A stretch of 4,394 bases of DNA from a virus. Its lineage: Duplodnaviria; Heunggongvirae; Uroviricota; Caudoviricetes. Position 1 is the first letter of the stretch. Each line of letters starts with the position of its first letter. Shown one piece after another: positions 1 through 4,394 of this stretch. The DNA is taken from the IMG/VR virus record IMGVR_UViG_2778261085_000005, positions 1 to 4,394 of that record; one strand, written 5' to 3'. Below the pieces are notes generated by a model. It worked only from the letters and a program-made list of their open reading frames with translations. It had not been told where the DNA came from and did not search any database. Position numbers and translations under genes: made by a program.

Positions 1-49
1 CCTGTTAGGGCGCGGCTGGTAAGAGAGCCTTATAGGCGCATTTGAAAAA

Positions 50-80
50 CCTCCGGCTATGCCGGAGGATATTTATTTTT
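50..80. terminator. Hairpin plus T-tract: intrinsic-terminator-like structure, possibly bidirectional, or a structured cos-region element
   Basis: Perfect inverted repeat CCTCCGGC (50-57) / GCCGGAGG (61-68) with a 3-nt loop TAT (58-60), 8 Watson-Crick pairs of which 6 are G:C. Followed on + by ATATTTATTTTT (69-80) and preceded by TTTGAAAAA (41-49), which gives a U-tract on the - strand as well. Confidence 0.4.
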
Positions 81-86
81 ATGGTG

Positions 87-98
87 TTGATTTTGATT
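87..98. repeat. Perfect tandem hexamer (TTGATT)x2 followed by a T-run; possible protein-binding or DNA-bending site
   Basis: Read directly: TTGATT at 87-92 and again at 93-98, then GTTTTTTGTT (99-108). The minus strand reads AATCAAAATCAA, which contains the AATCAA core of an IHF-like site but not the full WATCAANNNNTTR consensus. Confidence 0.5.
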
Positions 99-173
99 GT
101 TTTTTGTTCATCGCTAACACCGTTTGCCTAAAGTTGTTCGCGAGATGCATGTTTAAAACATTCTGGAGCGGGT

Positions 174-668
174 ATGGATCGAGAGTTAAAAAATCTGACG
201 CTGAATATCAGTCAACTGGCGGCACTGTCAGGTGTACATCGCCAGACTGCTGCGGCAAGGCTGCAAAATCTACCCGTTGCAGGGGGGCATGAAAGCAACC
301 TCAAGCTTTATCGGGTGGTTGATATTGTGTCGGCATTTCTGGCATTGCCACCGCCGGTTGCAGAAGGCGAAATGGACGCGCATGAGCGCAAAGCCTGGTA
401 TCAGTCTGAACGTGAGCGTCTTAAGTTCGAACAGGAAACGGCACAACTCATTCCGGCCAGTGATGTCAGACGGGAGTTTGCCATCTGGGCAAAAGCGGTC
501 GTGCAGGTGCTGGAGACATTACCGGATATTCTGGAACGTGACTGCGGTCTGCAGCCTGCCGCTGTGAGCCGTGTTCAGTCCATTATTGATGATCTGCGCG
601 ATCAGATAGCCCTGCGGGTGACTGAAGCAGGTGCGGATGATGAGGAGGAATTACAGCAGGAGGAGTAA
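174..668 (+). CDS. Phage terminase small subunit, lambda Nu1 family (164 aa)
   Basis: ORF with GGAG (165-168) 5 nt upstream of ATG 174. The N-terminus has a helix-turn-helix-like segment (LTLNISQLAALSGVHRQTAAARLQ) that lines up with the lambda Nu1 N-terminus (KKQLADIFGASIRTIQNWQEQG...GGGKGNEVLYDSAAVIKWY versus ...AGGHESNLKLYRVVDIVSAF). The C-terminal tail is acidic (ADDEEELQQEE). The stop TAA (666-668) overlaps the next start. Position immediately upstream of the large terminase gene fits. Confidence 0.85.
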   Translation: MDRELKNLTLNISQLAALSGVHRQTAAARLQNLPVAGGHESNLKLYRVVDIVSAFLALPPPVAEGEMDAHERKAWYQSERERLKFEQETAQLIPASDVRREFAIWAKAVVQVLETLPDILERDCGLQPAAVSRVQSIIDDLRDQIALRVTEAGADDEEELQQEE

Positions 669-2770
669 TGCTGAATCAGGAAACCGCAAAGGCAGCACGA
701 ACCGATTCAGGTTATATCCTTCGCGCACCGAGACGAATGCGGGTTGCTGATGCCGTTGCTCAGTATATGCGGGTGCCCATGGGGGCAGGGAACTCAGTCC
801 CGTGGGATCCGCTGGTGGCACCGTATGTTATTGAGCCGATGAACTGCCTGGCCTCGCGTGAATACGACGCAGTGATATTTGTTGGCCCGGCACGAACCGG
901 CAAGACTATCGGCCTGATTGACGGCTGGGTGATTTACAACGTGATTTGCGATCCTGCGGATATGCTGATCATTCAGATGACGGAGGAAAAAGCCCGCGAA
1001 CACTCCAAAAAACGACTTGCCAGAACGTTTCGCGTCAGCCCGGAAGTGGTCAGTCGCCTGAGTCCGAACAAAAATGACAACAACGTTTATGACAGAACAT
1101 TCCTTGCTGGCAACTACCTGAAAATCGGCTGGCCGTCAGTCAATATCATGTCCTCATCAGATTATAAATGCGTGGCGCTGACGGATTATGACCGTTTTCC
1201 GGAAGATATTGATGGCGAGGGGGATGCCTTCTCTCTTGCCTCAAAACGTACCACCACATTTATGTCCAGTGGTATGACGCTGGTGGAGAGTTCCCCCGGC
1301 AGGGATGTGAAGGATGTGAAATGGCGACGGACTTCACCGCATGAGGCTCCACCAACCACGGGGATCCTGTCGCTCTATAACCGTGGCGATCGCCGTCGCT
1401 GGTACTGGCCCTGTCCACACTGTGGTGAGTATTTTCAGCCCTGCGGCGATGTGGTTGCTGGTTTCCGTGATATTGCCGATCCCGTGCTGGCAAGTGAGGC
1501 GGCTTATATTCAGTGTCCTTCCTGTTCAGGACGGATTATGCCTGAACAAAAACGTGAGCTGAACGGACGTGGGGTCTGGTTGCGGGATGGTGAATCCATC
1601 AATGCGGATGGTAGTCGTTATGGTGATCCCCGACGCTCACGTATTGCGTCATTCTGGATGGAGGGTCCGGCAGCTGCTTACCAGACACTCTCGCAACTCG
1701 TTTACAAACTGCTTACTGCAGAACAGGAATACGAGACAACCGGAAGTGAAGAAACACTCAAGACGGTTATCAATACCGACTGGGGATTACCTTATCTTCC
1801 CCGCGCCAGCATGGAGCAACGAAAAAGCGAACTGCTTGAACAGCGGGCAGAGCCCGTTCCTCACCGCAGTGTACCGGATGGCGTTAATTTCCTTGCGGCG
1901 ACAGTGGATGTGCAGGCAGGGCGTCATCGCCGTTTTGTGGTTCAGGTAACAGGCTATGGTGGTCGCGGAGAACGCTGGATTATCGACCGTTACAACATCA
2001 CGCAGTCACTGCGCTGTGACAGCAACGGAGAAAGCCTGCGTATTGATCCTGCCGGTTATCCTGAAGACTGGGATGTTCTGCTGACGGATGTTTTTCATAA
2101 AAGCTGGCCGCTGGCTTCTGACCCTTCTCAGCGCATGCGGGTAATGGCAATGGCGGTGGACTCCGGCGGTGAGGACGGGGTCACTGATAATGCCTATAAA
2201 TTCTGGCGTCGTTGCCGTCGTGATGGCCTTGGTAAACGTATTTACCTGTTTAAGGGCGACAGCATCCGGCGCGCAAAACTGATCAGCCGTACATTCCCTG
2301 ATAACACCGGACGAACGGGCCGCCGGGCGCAGGCCGCAGGTGATGTGCCGCTCTGGCTTCTTCAGACGGATGCCCTGAAAGACCGGGTGAATAACGCGTT
2401 ATGGCGTGACTCGCCAGGTCCCGGCTATGTGCATTTCCCTGACTGGCTGGGGAGCTGGTTTTATGACGAACTGACGTATGAAGAACGGAGTAGCGACGGG
2501 AAATGGAGTAAACCTGGGCGTGGTGCCAACGAAGCTTTTGACCTGATGGTGTATGCCGAGGCGCTGGTTATTCTGCATGGGTACGAGAAAATTCAGTGGC
2601 CGGATGCACCGGAATGGGCATGCCGGGAAACCTGGCTGGAATACGTCAGTGACAACACTGAGCAGGCTGTTATGCCGGAACCAGCCCCCCTGCCTGCCAG
2701 AAAAAAGAAAAGAAAAAAAGTGACGCCCGATGAGGATAATCCCTGGGTGACTTCCGGAGGATGGTTATGA
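668..2770 (+). CDS. Phage terminase large subunit, lambda gpA family (700 aa)
   Basis: ATG 668 overlaps the upstream stop (TAATG), with GGAGG just upstream. Canonical P-loop GPARTGKT (884-907). Cys cluster WPCPHCGEYFQPC...QCPSCSG (1412-1525) corresponds to the lambda gpA CPHCGEEQYLKFG...CEHNAC region. The segment NFLAATVDVQAGRHRRFVVQVTGYGGRGERWIIDR (about 1880-1990) resembles lambda gpA AYLTAGIDSQLDRYEMRVWGWGPGEESWLIDR. Long uninterrupted ORF. Confidence 0.95.
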   Translation: MLNQETAKAARTDSGYILRAPRRMRVADAVAQYMRVPMGAGNSVPWDPLVAPYVIEPMNCLASREYDAVIFVGPARTGKTIGLIDGWVIYNVICDPADMLIIQMTEEKAREHSKKRLARTFRVSPEVVSRLSPNKNDNNVYDRTFLAGNYLKIGWPSVNIMSSSDYKCVALTDYDRFPEDIDGEGDAFSLASKRTTTFMSSGMTLVESSPGRDVKDVKWRRTSPHEAPPTTGILSLYNRGDRRRWYWPCPHCGEYFQPCGDVVAGFRDIADPVLASEAAYIQCPSCSGRIMPEQKRELNGRGVWLRDGESINADGSRYGDPRRSRIASFWMEGPAAAYQTLSQLVYKLLTAEQEYETTGSEETLKTVINTDWGLPYLPRASMEQRKSELLEQRAEPVPHRSVPDGVNFLAATVDVQAGRHRRFVVQVTGYGGRGERWIIDRYNITQSLRCDSNGESLRIDPAGYPEDWDVLLTDVFHKSWPLASDPSQRMRVMAMAVDSGGEDGVTDNAYKFWRRCRRDGLGKRIYLFKGDSIRRAKLISRTFPDNTGRTGRRAQAAGDVPLWLLQTDALKDRVNNALWRDSPGPGYVHFPDWLGSWFYDELTYEERSSDGKWSKPGRGANEAFDLMVYAEALVILHGYEKIQWPDAPEWACRETWLEYVSDNTEQAVMPEPAPLPARKKKRKKVTPDEDNPWVTSGGWL
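811..818 (+). other. Chi octamer 5'-GCTGGTGG-3' (RecBCD recombination hotspot of E. coli and relatives) inside the large terminase gene
   Basis: Exact match to GCTGGTGG on the + strand at 811-818. Function as Chi depends on the host being enterobacterial with RecBCD. Confidence 0.5.
1279..1286 (+). other. Second Chi octamer 5'-GCTGGTGG-3', same orientation
   Basis: Exact match to GCTGGTGG on the + strand at 1279-1286. I found no copy of the reverse complement CCACCAGC in the window by eye. Confidence 0.5.
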
Positions 2771-2979
2771 ACCAGAGTGATATTGAAGCCATGATCCAGC
2801 GTTATATTGATGCGGAAATGGCGGTACTTGACGGAAAATCCGTCACCTTTAACGGTCAGCAGATGACCATGGAAAATCTGTCTGAGATCCGGCAGGGGAG
2901 GCAGGAATGGGAACGTCGCCTTGCCACTATCACTGCGCGGCGACGGGGGATCCCGGGGTATAAACTGGCGAGGTTCTGA
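2767..2979 (+). CDS. Head-tail joining / head completion protein, lambda gpW family (70 aa from ATG 2767; 72 aa if ATG 2761)
   Basis: Small ORF between terminase and portal, as in lambda. KSVTFNGQQMTMENLSEIRQ...TARRRGIPGY resembles lambda gpW [21 protein letters not shown]...TQRRRGPAGF. I prefer ATG 2767 because GGAGG (2756-2760) lies 6 nt upstream and it forms an ATGA overlap with the terminase stop (2768-2770). The ORF track starts at the in-frame ATG 2761, which has no usable spacing to the Shine-Dalgarno sequence. Confidence 0.8.
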   Translation: MNQSDIEAMIQRYIDAEMAVLDGKSVTFNGQQMTMENLSEIRQGRQEWERRLATITARRRGIPGYKLARF

Positions 2980-4394
2980 TGGCAATTCTTGATGATGTGA
3001 TTGGTGTTTTTTCTCCTGGCTGGAAGGCTGCTAGATTACGCTCGAGGGCATTAATTCGTGCCTATGAGGCTGTAAAACCCACCCGCACACATAAAGCCCG
3101 ACGGGAAAACCGTTCTGCCGACCAGCTCAGTAAGTACGGGGCGGTTTCCCTGCGGGAGCAGGCCCGCTTTCTGGATATCAATCATGACCTGGTTATCGGC
3201 GTTTTTGACAAACTTGAGGAGCGGGTGATAGGTGCAAAAGGGATTATTGTCGAACCCCAGCCATTCCTGAAAAACGGCGGTGTGGCTACAGAGCTGGCAA
3301 TGATTATTCGTCGTTTGTGGGCAGAATGGTCTGTCAGCCCGGATGTTACCGGACAACATACCCGCCCCATACTTGAGCGCCTGCTGTTACGTACCTGGTT
3401 ACGTGATGGTGAAGTGTTTGCCCAGATGGTCAGTGGAACGGGAAGCGGACTGGTGAGGCCTGCCGGTGTACCTTTCTGGCTCGAGGCAATGGAGCCGGAT
3501 TTTGTACCCATGCTCAGTGATGAATCTGCGGGGCTGAATCAGGGAGTTTTTCTGGATGACTGGGGGAGGCCGAAAAAATACCTGGTTTATAAAAATTATC
3601 CGGTCACTGGTCGGCAGGTCGATACCAAAGAGATTGCCGCTGAAAATATGGTGCATCTGAAATTTACCCGCCGTCTTCATCAGACGCGTGGAACATCTAT
3701 GTTGTCAGGTGTGCTGATGCGGATCAGTGCGCTTAAGGAATACGAAGATGCCGAACTGACAGCGGCGCGCGTTGCTGCAGCACTGGGACTGTATATCCGC
3801 AAAGGAGACGGGCAGGATTATGATGAACCCGTGACAAATAAGGATAACGACCGGGAACTGCATATCACCCCAGGTATTATTTATGATGATCTGCGTAAAG
3901 GGGAAGATATTGGCATGATCAAATCCGATCGGCCTAATCCTAATCTTGAAACTTTTCGCAATGGTCAGTTACGTGCAGTGGCGGCGGGAAGCCGCCTGAG
4001 TTTTTCCAGTGCAGCACGTCATTATAACGGTACCTACAGCGCACAGCGGCAGGAGCTGGTCGAATCCACTGATGGTTATCTGATCCTGCAGGATTGCTTT
4101 ATTGGTGCAGTAACACGCCCTGTATACCGGACGTGGCTTAACATGGTTATTGCGGCAGGGCTACTGAAAATTCCGCCGGATGTCGATATGAAAACGTTAT
4201 ATAACGCAACATATTCTGGTCCGGTAATGCCGTGGATCGATCCTGTCAAGGAAGCTGAAGCCTGGAAAATCCAGATCCGAGGTGGGGCGGCGACAGAATC
4301 AGACTGGGTACGCGCCAGTGGTCGTAATCCGGATGATGTCAAACGTCGGCGCAAGGCCGAAATTGATGAAAACCGCAAGCTGGATCTGGTATTT
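2979..4394 (+). CDS. Phage portal protein, lambda gpB family (3' partial; 472 codons in window, no stop before window end)
   Basis: ATG 2979 overlaps the W stop (TGATG), with GAGG (2970-2973) 5 nt upstream. Frame 0 is open from 2979 to the last base of the window, translated by hand; it is absent from the ORF track only because no stop is reached. The segment LRAVAAGSRLSFSSAARHYNGTYSAQRQEL resembles lambda gpB LRYIAAGLGVSYEQLSRNYAQMSYSTARAS. Gene order after W matches lambda. Confidence 0.9.
   Translation, partial: MAILDDVIGVFSPGWKAARLRSRALIRAYEAVKPTRTHKARRENRSADQLSKYGAVSLREQARFLDINHDLVIGVFDKLEERVIGAKGIIVEPQPFLKNGGVATELAMIIRRLWAEWSVSPDVTGQHTRPILERLLLRTWLRDGEVFAQMVSGTGSGLVRPAGVPFWLEAMEPDFVPMLSDESAGLNQGVFLDDWGRPKKYLVYKNYPVTGRQVDTKEIAAENMVHLKFTRRLHQTRGTSMLSGVLMRISALKEYEDAELTAARVAAALGLYIRKGDGQDYDEPVTNKDNDRELHITPGIIYDDLRKGEDIGMIKSDRPNPNLETFRNGQLRAVAAGSRLSFSSAARHYNGTYSAQRQELVESTDGYLILQDCFIGAVTRPVYRTWLNMVIAAGLLKIPPDVDMKTLYNATYSGPVMPWIDPVKEAEAWKIQIRGGAATESDWVRASGRNPDDVKRRRKAEIDENRKLDLVF

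Larger units (their letters stand above)
1..173 (+). other. Non-coding leader upstream of the packaging operon; candidate cos / terminase-recognition (cosB-like) region
   Basis: No convincing ORF. AT-rich with T-tracts (71-80, 99-108), a perfect hairpin (50-68) and a tandem TTGATT hexamer (87-98). It sits directly upstream of a Nu1-like small terminase gene, where lambda carries cosN/cosB. Bases ~5-20 (GTTAGGGCGCGGCTGG) and ~40-57 (ATTTGAAAAACCTCCGG) loosely resemble, from memory, the lambda cos segments GTTACGGGGCGGCGACCT and ATTTATGAAAATTTTCCGG. The resemblance is partial and unverified. Confidence 0.35.

Noticed and set aside
104-134. Possible sigma70 promoter (TTGTTC ... TAAAGT) in the leader
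   Set aside because: Weak matches to both the -35 and -10 hexamers with non-optimal spacing (~19 nt). In lambdoid phages this operon is normally transcribed by read-through from the upstream late promoter, so I did not call it.
59-292. 77-aa + strand ORF starting inside the leader hairpin and overlapping the Nu1-like gene start
   Set aside because: No ribosome-binding site. The start codon is buried in the stem-loop, it overlaps the well-supported small terminase ORF in another frame, and the translation is Cys/Arg-rich with no recognisable similarity.
232-567. 111-aa + strand ORF in an alternative frame inside the small terminase gene
   Set aside because: Entirely nested within a CDS that has recognisable homology and a good Shine-Dalgarno sequence; the alternative-frame product has no recognisable features. 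Most likely a chance open frame.
794-1493. Minus-strand ORFs 794-1003 and 1260-1493 antisense to the large terminase gene
   Set aside because: Antisense to a strongly supported CDS, short, with no ribosome-binding site or similarity I can recognise; typical antisense open frames in moderately GC-rich coding DNA.
1341-1949. Two + strand alternative-frame ORFs (1341-1562, 1569-1949) inside the large terminase gene
   Set aside because: Both lie within the terminase reading frame region, where the terminase frame itself shows motif-level homology to gpA; neither has a convincing start context and their translations are low-complexity.
2761-2763. ATG 2761 as the start of the W-like gene (as in the ORF track)
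   Set aside because: It lies immediately after GGAGG with zero spacing; the in-frame ATG 2767 has proper spacing and the ATGA overlap. Kept only as an alternative.
2593-2985. 130-aa minus-strand ORF spanning the terminase 3' end and the whole W-like gene
   Set aside because: Its FFLFFFL stretch is just the complement of the A-rich lysine tract, and it is antisense to two supported genes, so it is a compositional artefact.
3051-4378. Four minus-strand ORFs (3051-3359, 3182-3511, 3399-3680, 4076-4378) in the 3' third of the window
   Set aside because: All are antisense to the portal reading frame, which is open for 472 codons with gpB-like segments. They appear prominent only because the portal ORF is missing from the supplied track.
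1-4394. Defence system, toxin-antitoxin, CRISPR array, tRNA, integrase or transposase
   Set aside because: No direct-repeat/spacer periodicity, no tRNA-like sequence I can pick out by eye, and no coding space left after the four structural genes. Nothing in the sequence supports an accessory or novel system here.

Overview
This window is the start of a lambda-type phage (or prophage) DNA-packaging and head-assembly operon, all on the + strand: a ~173-nt non-coding leader (1-173), then four tightly coupled genes in the lambda order Nu1-A-W-B. These are a terminase small subunit (174-668), a terminase large subunit (668-2770), a gpW-like head-tail joining protein (2767-2979) and a lambda-family portal protein (2979 to window end, 3' partial, no stop seen). 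Assignments rest on reading the translated ORFs against remembered lambda Nu1/gpA/gpW/gpB sequences and motifs, not on any database search. The genes occupy about 96% of the window with overlapping stop/start codons, so there is no unassigned coding space for an additional system. I see no tRNA, rRNA, CRISPR array, transposase or cargo gene. The points worth a second look are the leader (a candidate cos/terminase-recognition region with a perfect 8-bp hairpin and a tandem hexamer), two co-oriented Chi octamers, a slippage-prone A-rich tract near the 3' end of the large-terminase gene, and the choice of start codon for the W-like gene. I found no evidence in the sequence for a previously undescribed system; this looks like a conserved structural module.
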